Source: the human T2T-CHM13v2.0 reference genome, Homo sapiens. Taken from it: a stretch of 64,000 nucleotides of DNA. Positions 47,701-64,000 of this stretch are shown piece after piece (the first letter of the stretch is position 1; the number at the start of each line of letters is the position of its first letter). The position numbers were made by a program, and so were the translations under genes. The notes under the pieces are model-generated. The model ran no database searches. It worked only from the letters and a program-made list of their open reading frames with translations, and was not told where the DNA came from. The stretch lies in the NCBI RefSeq assembly GCF_009914755.1, contig NC_060925.1; one strand, written 5' to 3'.

Positions 47701-49328
47701 GAGGGACATGTTTCTATTACCTCTTGGATCTAGCAATATCAATACCAACCTATCTTCTAGCTCATTTTGCCACCGCAAAATTCTTTAGGAAAAAAATCTG
47801 TGATTAAAATCCTCAATCTCTGCACCCCCATTCCCATCACCATCCTCTTCCCTGAAAAAATCTGCTGCCAGTGCCTCTTCCGTGATCTTTTCTTGTGTGG
47901 GTTTTCTCTCTAGAATAACAGCTAAATCAGGCAAAGGTCTTAGGCACAGCTCACTGCTTCAGTGACTACCTTGAGACCAGCTGGGGACCGACAGTCTCAG
48001 ACTCCAACCAGTTGCCACAGATGCAATTGCTTTGAAAAGCAGATTCTCTTCTCTGCTAACCTCATGCAGAAAAATGAAAATGGGAAATGCAGTGATATTT
48101 TATTTTTCATTTTCTCCTGCTCATTCTAGGAAATAGAACCAAGGGAATGTATTGGAGTGAAACAGGGTTTTCTTAGTAAATAAACATTCCACCTGCCGAA
48201 TCAGTACCAAATGCGGGTTTGAGAGTATTCTAAACAACACTATATGGCCATTCTTCATCCTCTTATCTGTGAGGGACTAGGGCAGTGGTGGAGGGAGTGT
48301 GTGGAGAATAAATGGTCAACACTTAGAGAATAGACCTCATTATGCTCATTTTTTAAAAAATAGCATTCAAATGGGTGTAAACTTTATAATTTTGTCATTC
48401 CAGAGAGTAGTATCCTTTTAAACATGTTTTGGATGTGGTATGAGGAAATAAGATTGTTGTGATGTTCTAAAGTCTCTTAATTAGGACTACTGGTATTTTC
48501 TGCAGTACAAGATATCCATTATTTGCAATTTAAAGCCCAGAGCACCTTTCCTCACAGGTGGGAGATGGAGAGAGGCCGCACTTCAAAGTGAGAAAGATAC
48601 AAGCGCAACTGGAATGGAAGTGGCAGCTTGCTACCTAACAGAATCCACATCATTTAGCCCCAATGCAGTGAACACATGCCCCTAATAACCTGCCTTATTC
48701 CTGGCTCTCTTTCCCACCGTAAGCTCATATTGCCAGTTAGTAGTCTCTTGCATCTCCTGAGTGGCTGTGCTTCCTTAGTGAGGGGGCTCGCTGGGGCCTG
48801 GGTGCCTAAATAAGCAGAGATGGGGACACCCTGTGTGATCCTGCCATGTAATCACTGCATTGTCTTCACTGCGAGAAGGGCAAGGGCCTGGTTCCCTACA
48901 GTCCAGATGTCTTGTGAGCCAGCAGTAAATATCACCCGGATTAATCAGACTGAGAGAGATGCTGCTTAACTCAGGGACTAGAGGAGCTCAACCTCAGGAA
49001 ACCAGACTTCAGAATGAGAGTCAGAATGATGGGAAGCTGGAGGGCAGAGAGGGGGCAGACCTGCCTTGCCAGTGGGAGAGAAGGCTGGCATCTTGGGAGG
49101 TGAGTTCAGTGCAGTGGTTATGAGTTCAGGCTGTATGGCTAGGCAAGCTGGTTTCCTACTGACCAATTGATTGTGGGCATATTTCTAGAACTCTACAGTT
49201 TCTGTGACAGCCCCAAGTTTCCTTCTCTCTAGAATGGAAATAACTATGTTCTGAAAATCCAAAGAGACAATGTATATAAATTGCCTGGCATAAAATAATG
49301 TTAAATATTATCATCACAAGCAAGTAGA

Positions 49329-49661
<333 letters not shown>

Positions 49662-50801
49662 TTAAATGGCATCTGGGATGAGACTGACAGTTATTTTGTC
49701 CTTGTGCCTAAGTTCTTCCTTCAGCAAGTAGATAGGCACGTGCAGCTGGACTTTAAATTATATCTTTTACTTTGGTCCTGCAAATGTTGATTTTTGTGTT
49801 GGGTTAATTTCTGTGTGGAGGAGCTGGCATGAAGGCAGGCTGAGCTATCAGTTGGGGATTTTCCCTTTATGCTCTGCCTGGTCTCTATAAGTTGTCTAAT
49901 GAATATCAATCAGTATTAATAAATGTCTACCTGAGAGCATTGCAGAGCAGTAACCACTGACCTTTCATCCTGTCTCCCCTGTTTTCTGGGGTTTTGATAG
50001 CTACAATTATAGTTGTAACATCCATTTTTATTAAATAAGAAAAGGGACACAATTAGGAAATTGAAAGGTTTGGTTGCACTTGGCTATGCTGCTTTATAAA
50101 ACATGTACTGACTATTAACGCTAACTCTGCCAGCTGCTTTACTCATACTATTTTGGTCGTTACAAAAACCTACAAGACAGTTATTTTAGCTCTACTTTAC
50201 TGAGGATCAGAGAAGTAGCCTGTTTTAAGTTAACAGCTTCAAGTGGCAGAGTCCTAATCCATCAATAGTTAGAGCTATCTACCTATTTGCTCCTCAGATA
50301 TTTTTGGATTGCCTCTTATGTGTTGTTCACTGTACTAGGTGCTGAGGGGATAAAGGTCAGTGACACCGACCCCATCCTGGACCTCACAGAGCTGCTAGCC
50401 TGTGAGGCTAGCAAGGCTGAGTGGAAGGCTGAGAAGTACGTAGGCAATTGCAACTCCATGTCACAATGTAGAGGGTGTGGGGTGACACAGTCATCCCAGG
50501 CAGAAAGAACAGCCTCTGCAAAGGCCCAGGGGTAGAAAAGAGCAAGGCACTTTGGGGGAAGCGCAAGGAGTTTGCTATAGTGCTAAGTGTTATGTGATAA
50601 ATAAGGGCACAGGCAGAATACTGTGGTCTCTCAGCGCAGAAACCCACTATGTCTGTCTGGGGAGTGTTAGGTTGAATTTGAATTTATTTGAGGAATTGTG
50701 CTGTCAGACTCTCGAATATTTTGCAAAGCAGTAATAATAAGCTCTGGGGATGATGATGTTCATTTCTCTGATTAGAGTTTTCCAAAAAGGAGTGGGACTT
50801 A

Positions 50802-51203
<402 letters not shown>

Positions 51204-51884
51204 CTAATAACATCATTTGGCTCTGTACACCTAACACTTTTGTGCCAGACTATTTTCTTGAGCTGGTGAGGTCCAGACTCATTATGTCTTCATAATAATC
51301 CTATCAGGTAGGAGCAATTACTCCTAATGCTGCAGATGAGGAAATTGAAGCACAAAGAATTTAAGATATCTATGCTCACGCAGCAAGTAGGTACTACAGT
51401 CAGCACTTACTCTCAGAGCAGTGTGGGCCTAGAGTCTGTGCTCTTATTCGTAGTCCTCTACCCCAGACCATACCTCTCCTCTCATCATTGCTGAAAATTT
51501 AGAACTTTTAAAAGTTCATGGAAATCATTTACATAAATTATGAAAGATAAAGCCACAGTTCTGTTCTCTGGTACATATGAATCAAGACCATTTATGGGCA
51601 ATCTCAGAAATAAACCTACCACATCCGCCCCCAGTGCTTTTGACTCATTACCTCTATCCCTTTGCCAAACAACCAGATGTTGTAAAGCTGGTTACCTTCA
51701 ATGGAGCAGTAAGCAAAGGCACCCCACTCAAACCTTGTGATCTATCACGGCAGTGGAGTCACTGCCTGTAGGTGGATTGTTTTGTTTGTTTTTCTCCCAA
51801 GCCTGAATCCTGGCTCCCCTGCAGAGAGAGCTCCATAAAGGCTCAGCCAAAGGTGAATGGCAGTGACACTGTGGCAGTCTTTTG

Positions 51885-52051
51885 TTCCTAATGAAGCACC
51901 TTAGGGTTCATTATATGACCAGGTGCTACCCCAGGAGATCCTAATTTAGTAGCTTAGGGAAGAAGCTGAGGCATGCAGATTTAAAAGCAAAACAAAACAA
52001 AACAAACTCCATGGGTGATTATGATACACAGATAGCACTGAGAACCCCTGG
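51885..52051. mobile_element. MER5-like hAT fossil
   Basis: GGTGATTATGATACAC...TGAGAACCCCTGG terminus. Confidence 0.5.
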
Positions 52052-54240
52052 AATGGGTTAATTGGATGGAGGTCTTTTACCTGCCTGTGAAAGGTAAAGA
52101 ATGCGTGACATCAATAATGATAATGATAACAAATTAAATTAGTAGAATGAATGAATGCTTCCATGAAGTCTTGGGATTTAATTGCTTCCTATTTGGTAAT
52201 TTAATTAGAAATAAGCATATTTGGGGGTCTATAGTTCCCAGCCTCAGCATCATCAAGAGACCCATCTTTTATAGGAAGTTATGACCTGGCTTAAGTTAGT
52301 TCTCTCTGTGTCCCTCACCCATAATTGACTCTCAGCTCTGTGCCCCTTGGTTCATCTTCCCTACAGGTTGCATTTAGATTGCTCCCCAATATTCCTTTTT
52401 CTATCTTTATGCCTTGCATAGTTTGATTGGTTACCTTGGAGTCCCCAGCTCTGCTTTTATATATACAGTAGAATTAATTTCTTCTTCTACTATTACATTA
52501 CCCTAAGTGAACCTGATGCCCAGGAGCCGCTGTGACTAACCCATTTCCCTGTTGCCTACAGAAATCAGTAGATAGAGAAGTTAAGGCAGAAGAGAGGTTT
52601 GGTTTAGATGTAGAAAACAACTTTGTATGAAATAGCAAGACAGACATTTGAGGAGTCTTTGTTTTACCTAAATTGATAGAAAAAAAGATAGTCATCATCT
52701 TGTGGGGACCTCGTGAATATCTTGCTGAAAAATAAGAGAAAGCACTAAAAGATCTTCCTAAGTTACTTGTTATTGTGTTATATGTTATGTTATTATGACT
52801 AACATTGCTTCTGAGGAAATGCAATAATTTTTTTTTCCTGTTGGATGCTGATTCTATCTTTGAATCTTGATGAATCTGTCTTAGTGTGTGTAAATCTTGT
52901 GTATTATTCACATCCACTGGTGCATCACTCTCCTCCTTCCTTCCTTTCTTGCATATACATTTCTAGGAAGCATGAAGATTAGAAGGAAAAATTACCAAAA
53001 AACATAAAAACAAAAACAACTCAACTGTAATACATTTCTGGCTCAACTGGAAAGGTAAAGAACTATAATTTAATTCTCTTGGCCTAATTTTGTCCGTGCT
53101 GTTTAAAACCATTAAGTGATTATAATTTTGAAAAATACCAGAGAAGCATAGTGCACCTGCTCTTTCAGCTTACATTATAGAGAAGAAGAAAACTACAACA
53201 TCTTGATAGCAGCACCTCTGTGTTTTTAGTAAGTCTCCATTAAGGGAGTGATGCCTATGTAGCAGATGAGAATGAAACGATGTTTTGGGTTGGGTGACAA
53301 AATCTAACGATTGTCACTAAAGGAGAAGAGCCCACCTTGCTATTTCGCTTGCACCACCCTTCAATGGAAAGGGCTGCAATTGAAGAAGCAATATGATCTG
53401 GAGCAAAATTATATGATAATGGTTCATAACAAATAGTGGACTCTGTGTGTGAAATTTAATGCAATATCAGTCCTCGACTAAGTGTTAACATTAAAAGTCA
53501 GATACAAAAAGATTTTGTCTTTTCAAAACACATCTTTATCATCATTCAAGAGGCATTACTAGAGTCAAACATCTCATTATAGCTCTATTACTACCAGGAA
53601 ACTTCCAGTCTGCAGACTTCCAAACAAATTCCCTTTAATGGGAATTAAACCAAACCAAAAGGTTTTGTGGCTATTTGAGCAGTCCTGTTCTGCATTACAG
53701 GCTAAAACTTTACTCAACTTTTTAGCCTAATAGGCTGCAGTTGCACAACACATTTGGAACTTTAAAATCTATATCTCATTTGCATTTTGGAATTGCTATA
53801 AAATAAATACAAAACCTTAAAATTAATAATTAGAAATCTGTAAGTCCTTTAAACCTTCTTCATGCTGGAAGATAATAAGTAAAGTACCTTTGGAATAATA
53901 GCTCCTTAATTTCCAGCATTTATAAGTAACCTCAGTTTGGATGTATAATATGTACCCAACTCCCTAACTCCAGTCAATGCAAAATCACTTCTGAAGGATA
54001 AACACACATTGTAAACTCAAACATTAGTTTAAAGTAATTAATAGCAACTAAGAAAAAGAAGGGAATGTATGTGCTATGAAATCTGTGACTGTAAGAAATC
54101 ACAGGTCAACAGATTGGATTTACTTGATCCTAACAGCAGCTGTACACAAAGGAAAGCAGTCATGGCTGGTTTATTACCTCAGTAGTTAAGCATTTAGGAG
54201 TGTTTGAAAATCCATTATGTATAGGAAAGTAAGAAAAGCT

Positions 54241-54531
54241 GGCCAGGTGCGGAGGCTCATGCCTGTTAATCCCAGCACTTTGGGAGGGCGAGGTAGGTGG
54301 ATCACCTGAGGTCAGGAGTTTGAGACCAGCCTGGCCAACACGGTGAAACCCTGTCTCTACTAAAAATACAAAAATTAGCCAGGCGGGGTGGTGGGCACCT
54401 TTAATCCCAGCTACTCAGGAGGCTGAGGCAGGAGAATCGCTTGAACCCAGGAGGCAGAGGTTGCAATGAGCTGAGATGGTACCACTGTCCAGCCTAGGTG
54501 ACAAAGTGAGACTCCATTAAAAAAAAAAAAA
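54241..54531 (+). mobile_element. AluSx-like
   Basis: Full Alu. Confidence 0.95.
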
Positions 54532-55540
54532 CTGCAATAAAAATCTAATCATAAAGAACTATCATTGTTATTTGAAAAAGTATTTAGAACGTACATGCTT
54601 CTGACATTCTTAAGGTGTGATTTCCTCTAGATTACTGAAAAATCCCCTAAGCATCAGTAGTTTAAAATAGAATGCTTTTAGATAGATATTTTTAAAAATT
54701 GATTTACATACTCCTTGTGTACTGAATATAATTTAACTTTTTAATGAACAAGTTTGAATGTCAGAATTGAGGGACTAGCAGTTAAGTGCTCTAATCAAAA
54801 ACAAGGGAAGCAATATCTTCTTCTCTCCCCTACCCACCACATGTGCTTTTCCTCCACAATGCCATGTATCAAGTTGTCTAGGGGAGAACTACGTATGTTA
54901 TCTTTGATCCCCTCTGCTGCCATCCAATCAACTACATTATCTGAATGCTTCTTTAAATGCCTGCTCTTTCTTTGCCAATAATACTGCTATAGTTCAGGCC
55001 ATTAATATTTCCATGCTAGATGACAGGAAGTTTTCTAACGGGTTTCTCTGCCTTTATGTAGTCTGACCACCCTGAAGTCCTTTTCCATTTTATAGCCAGA
55101 GTGACTCTTCTAAAAATGCATATCTGATCTAATCATTCCTCTGCTTAAAAACCCTTTAATGGCTTCCTACTGCTCTCAAAATAAAACCCAACTACTTAAT
55201 GTGGCCTCTTTCAGGCCCTATATGATTCAATTCACTATTACTTGCTTTTTGTCTGCTTGATCTAGCTGTTTCTGATTGTTAAAATCTCTCATTCATATGG
55301 TGGGCTTGTCAATTTATCTTGGTAATTCTAGAGGTTTTGTTTTCTATAATGGAAAGCTGTATTGTTAGGTACCTTAAACTTCTTGGTAGTGACCCTCTAT
55401 TTCTATTAATACATTTGATTTAAAAGACTATTTTTTGTCTGATATTAGTAATGTTTCATCAGCTTTCTTTTTGTGTGTATTTCGATAACTCATCTCTTTT
55501 TATTCTCTCATATTAAGTCTTTTTGTTTAGTTTTGTGGGG

Positions 55541-55816
55541 TTTTTTTTTTTTTGAGACAGGGTCTTGCTCTGTCTCCCAGGCTGGAGTACAGTGGCAGCC
55601 TCAACCTCCTGGGCTCAAGTGATTCTCTCATTCAGCCTCCCAAGTAGCTGGAACTACAGGTGTGTGCCACCACACCAGGCTAACTTTCGTATTGTTTGTG
55701 GAGATGGGTTTTTGCCATGTTGCCCAGGCTGCTCTTGAATTCCTGGGCTCAAGTGATCTACCTGTCTCAGCCTCCCAAAGTGCTGGGATTCCAGGTGTGA
55801 GCCACCACACCTGGCC
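55541..55816 (-). mobile_element. AluJ
   Basis: Antisense Alu with J diagnostics and a small deletion. Confidence 0.92.
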
Positions 55817-55819
55817 TAA

Positions 55820-56256
<437 letters not shown>

Positions 56257-56417
56257 TATAACTTAATTTTTTAAAACTTTTTCTGCTTTCCGTTAAGTTA
56301 TCAGTTTTCTATATCGGATCTCCCCAACACTTGGCCACTCTTTCCTCTCTGCTTATTTAGAAGCTCTAGATGATATTTTATTAATATAAACTATCTTAAG
56401 TACAAAGTATTCAGAGA

Positions 56418-56534
56418 AGCTACGCACAGTGTGGCATGTTCCTGTAATCCCAGCTACTTTGGAGGCTGAGGCAGAGGACCCCTTGAGCCCAGGAGTTCCG
56501 AGCCAGTCTGGGCAACATAGTGAGATCTTGTCTC

Positions 56535-56566
<32 letters not shown>

Positions 56567-56577
56567 CAAAACAAAAA
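56418..56577 (+). mobile_element. Free left Alu monomer (FLAM) with (AAAAC)n tail
   Basis: Single monomer; TSD CAAAGTATTCAGA at 56403-56415 and 56579-56591. Confidence 0.85.
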
Positions 56578-57160
56578 CCAAAGTATTCAGACAAAGTAAT
56601 TATTTCTAGCCCTCTTCCAAACAAATATGACAAAGTCCTTAGCTTACTTTACCCATTTTACACTTCCTTCCCTCTTGTTATTTTTTTAAACAAAAAGTGG
56701 TTATTATTTTTAATTCTACCACATATTTTAATTTCTTCCCTCACAAGTATCTCTTATATGTTTTCCCTCTGGGCTTATTTTTCTTTAGCAGTTCTTTGGG
56801 CATCAGTCTGTTGGCAGTAAGCTCCCTTAGTCTTTCATGATTGAAAATATCTGTTTTGTCCTCTCCCTTAAATGGTAGTTTATCTGGAAATCAATTTCTT
56901 GGTTGATAGTGTTTCATTCAGCACTTCTATCATTTAGTTGTCTTCTTGTTTCTATTGTTGCTTTTGAGGAATCTAGTTATAGTTCCTTCGTAGATAATCA
57001 GTATTTTTTCCCTTTGGTAACTTGTGATTTTATCTTTATCTTTTTTGTTCTGTACTTTCACTATAATGTGACAAAAGTGTTAGTTTATCTTTATCTGTGT
57101 GCTCAGTACACGTGATGTTCTGATGTTTTCATTAGAAAACCTCAGCCAATTCTCTCTTCC

Positions 57161-57400
57161 TTTGTTTTTTTTTTAAGACGGAATTTCACTTTTGTCGCCC
57201 AGGCTGGAGTGCAATGGCATGATCTCGGCTCACTGCAACCTCCGTCTCCTGGGTTCAAGCCACCATGCCCAGCTAATTCTGTGTATTTTTAGTAGAGAGG
57301 GTTTTTCACCATGTTGGTCAGGCTGGTTTCAAACTGGTGATCCACCCGCCTCAGCCTCCCAAAGTGCTGGGATTATAGGCCTGAGCCACCGCACCTGGCC
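57161..57400 (-). mobile_element. AluS with two internal deletions
   Basis: TCAAGC|CACCATG junction (about 50 bp lost) and AAACT|GGTGATCC junction. Confidence 0.9.
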
Positions 57401-57822
57401 AGCCATTTCTTTTTCTTCTCTACTCTTCCTTTCAGTGTTTCCTTCCAGAACTTCTATTACACATATGTTGGAGCCACTCAATCTAACCCCAGGAATCTGA
57501 ACTTTTCTTTCACATTTAAAAATCCCTTTATTTTTCTAAACTCTGTTCTGGGTGAATTCTTTTTTTTTTAATTTTTTTTATTTCACTATTGTTTCTTTTC
57601 TTTTTTTTATTATTATTATTATACTATAACTTTTAGGGTACATGTGCACAATGTGCAGGTTAGTTGCATATGTATACATGTGCCATGCTGGTGTGCTGCA
57701 CCCATTAACTCATCATTTAGCATTAGGTATATCTCCTAATGCTATCCCTTCCCCCTCCCCCCACCCCACAACAGTCCCCAGAGTGTGATGTTCCCCTTCT
57801 TGTGTCCATGTGTTCTCATTGT

Positions 57823-61646
<3,824 letters not shown>

Positions 61647-61709
61647 TATGATGTTAGCTGGTTATTTTGCTTGTTAGTTGATGCAGTTTCTTCCTAGTCT
61701 TGATGGTCT

Positions 61710-62726
61710 TTACATTTTGGCATGATTTTGCAGCGGCTGGTACCGGTTGTGCCTTTCCATGTTTAGTGCTTCCTTCAGGAGCTCTTGTAGGGCAGGCCTG
61801 GTGGTGATAAAATCTCTCAGCATTTGCTTGTCTGTAAAGTATTTTATTTCTCCTTCACTTATGAAGCTTAGTTTGGCTGGATATGAAATTCTGGGTTGAA
61901 AATTCTTTTCTTTAAGAATGTTGAATATTGGCCCCCACTCTCATCTGGCTTGTAGAGTTTCTGCTGAGAGATCCGCTGTTAGTCTGATGGGCTTCCCTTT
62001 GTGGGTAACCCAACCTTTCTCTCTGGCTGCCCTTAACATTTTGTCCTTCATTTCAGCTTTGGTGAATCTGACAATTATGTGTCTTGGAGTTGCTCTTCTC
62101 GAGGAGTATCTTTGTGGTATTCTCTGTATTTCCTGAATCTGAATGTTGGCCTGCCTTGCTAGATTGGGGAAGTTCTCCTGGATAATATCCTGCAGAATGT
62201 TTTCCAACTTGGTTCCATTCTCCCCGTCACTTTCAGGTACACCAATCAGATGCAGATTTGGTCTTTTCACATAGTCCCATATTTCTTGGAGGCTTTGTTC
62301 GTTTCTTTTTATTCTTTTTTCTCTAAACTTCCCTTCTCACTTCATTTCATTCATTTCATCTTCCATCACTGATACGCTTTCTTCCAGTTGATTGCATTGG
62401 CTCCTGAGGCTTCTGCATTCTTCACGTAGTTCTCGAGCCTTGGCTTTCAGCTCCATCAGCTCCTTTAAGCACTTCTCTGTATTGGTTATTCCAGTTAGCC
62501 ATTCGTCTAAATTTTTTTCAAAGTTTTCAACTTCTTTGCCTTTGGTTTGAATTTCCTCCTGTAGCTGGGAGTAGTTTGATCGTCTGAAGCCTTCTTCTCT
62601 CAACTCGTCAAAGTCATTCTCCATCCAGCTTTGTTCTGTTGCTGGTGAGGAACTGCGTTCCTTTGGAGGAGGAGAGGCGCTCTGCTTTTTAGAGTTTCCA
62701 GTTTTTCTGCTCTGTTTTTTCCCCAT
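61710..62726 (-). pseudogene. L1 ORF1, full 338-codon span with two in-frame stops
   Basis: MGKKQSRKTGNSK start; TGA at 62337-62339 and 61941-61943; TAA at 61710-61712. Confidence 0.93.
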
Positions 62727-63316
62727 CTTTGTGGTTTTATCTACTTTTGGTCTTTGATGATGGTGATGTACAGATGGGTTTTTGGTGTGGATGTCCGTTC
62801 TGTTTGTTAGTTTTCCTTCTAACAGACAGAACCCTCAGCTGCAGGTCTGTTGGAGTTTGCTAGAGGTCCACTCCAGACCCTGTTTGCTTGGGTATCAGCA
62901 GCAGAGTCTGCAGAATCGGGGATTTTCGTGATCCGCGAATGCTGCTGTCTAATCGTTCCTCTGGAAGTTTTGTCTCAGAGGAGTACCTGGCCCTGTGAGG
63001 TGTCAGTCTGCCCCTACTGGGGGGTGCCTCCCAGTTAGGCTGCTTGGGGGTCAGGGGTCAGGGGTCAGGGACCCACTTGAGGAGGCAGTCTGCCTGTTCT
63101 CAGATCTCCAGCTGCGTGCTGGGAGAACCATTGCTCTCCTCAAAGCTGTCAGACAGGGACATTTAAGTCTGCAGAGGTTACTGCTGTCTTTTTGTTTGTC
63201 TGTGCCCTGCCCCCAGAGGTGGAGCCTACAGAGGCAGGCAGGCCTCCTTGAGCTGTGGTGGGCTCCACCCAGTTCAAGCTTCCTGGCTGCTGTGTTTACC
63301 TAAGCAAGCCTGGGCA

Positions 63317-63391
63317 ATGGCGGGCGCCCCTCCTCCAGCCTTGCTGCCGCCTTGCAGTTTGATCTCAGACTGCTGTGCTAGCAATCAGTGA
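63317..63391 (+). pseudogene. L1 ORF0 (antisense), truncated at codon 25
   Basis: MAGAPPPALLPPCSLISDCCASNQ* with TGA at 63389-63391. Confidence 0.85.
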
Positions 63392-64000
63392 GACTCCGTG
63401 GGCGTAGGACCCTCCGAGCCAGGTGCGGAATATATTCTCCTGGTGCGCCATTTCCTAAGCTCGTTGGAAAAGCGCAGTATTCGGGTGGGAGTGGCCCGAT
63501 TTTCCAGGTGCCGTTTGTCACCCCTTTCCTTGACCAGGAAAGGGACCTCCCTGATCCCTTGAGCTTCCCGAGTGAGGCAATGCCTCTCCTGCTTCGGCTG
63601 GCGCACGGTGTGCGGCACCCACTGTCCTGCACCCACTGTCTGGCACTCCCTAGTGAGATGAACCCGGTACCTCACATGGAAATGCAGAAATCACCCGTCT
63701 TCTGCGTCACTCACGCTGGGAGCTGTAGACCGGAGCTGTTCCTATTCGGCCATCTTGGCTCCTCCCGCTCTGGCTGAATTCTTTAGTACATCCCTTTAAT
63801 TCACTACTTTTTCTCTTTGACTTTGATTAGCTCCATATATCTTTTGATTTCAATGACCATATTTTTATTTTTCAAATTTTTATTAGTTCTTTCTCATATT
63901 TACCTGTTTTTTAATTCAGCCTGTATCTGTTCCTTAATTTCTTGTCCTTTCAAAATGGGTGCTATGCATCCATTTATTGCATATCAAATTCAAAAATATT

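Noticed and set aside
52498-52917. 139-aa minus-strand ORF in unique sequence
   Set aside because: No recognisable domain, AT-rich low-information composition; length compatible with chance in 64 kb.

Overview
Hominoid (most likely human or great-ape) repeat-rich, non-coding genomic DNA, intronic or intergenic. I recognise no host protein-coding exon, RNA gene or CpG-island promoter, and I cannot name the locus. Nearly all ORF-track hits are Alu, L1, SVA or LTR read-throughs or chance ORFs. Contents: about 27 Alu/FLAM copies; a 5'-truncated SVA; a full-length, inactivated L1PA3-type element (57563-63766); a 5'-inverted L1PA4/5-type element; an isolated internal L1 ORF2 fragment; solo or partial LTRs (MLT1, MER39, LTR12F); DNA-transposon fossils; and many MIR/L2/L1M remnants. 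Subfamily names come from recalled diagnostics, not a Dfam search. I see no evidence of a new gene system. The most unusual signal is a set of DNA-repair and retrotransposition scars: (i) a complex locally templated insertion with fold-back junctions starting at an L1 endonuclease site (23940-24298, template 19981-20150); (ii) a second local 90-bp copy (36966-37055 vs 39825-39914); (iii) an LTR12F promoter truncated at a perfect 12-bp hairpin; (iv) a tail-less, TSD-flanked, apparently internally primed L1 fragment; (v) an SVA carrying a 38-bp 3' transduction nested in an Alu tail. Several candidate cryptic exons and transcription-factor motif clusters are reported at low confidence.
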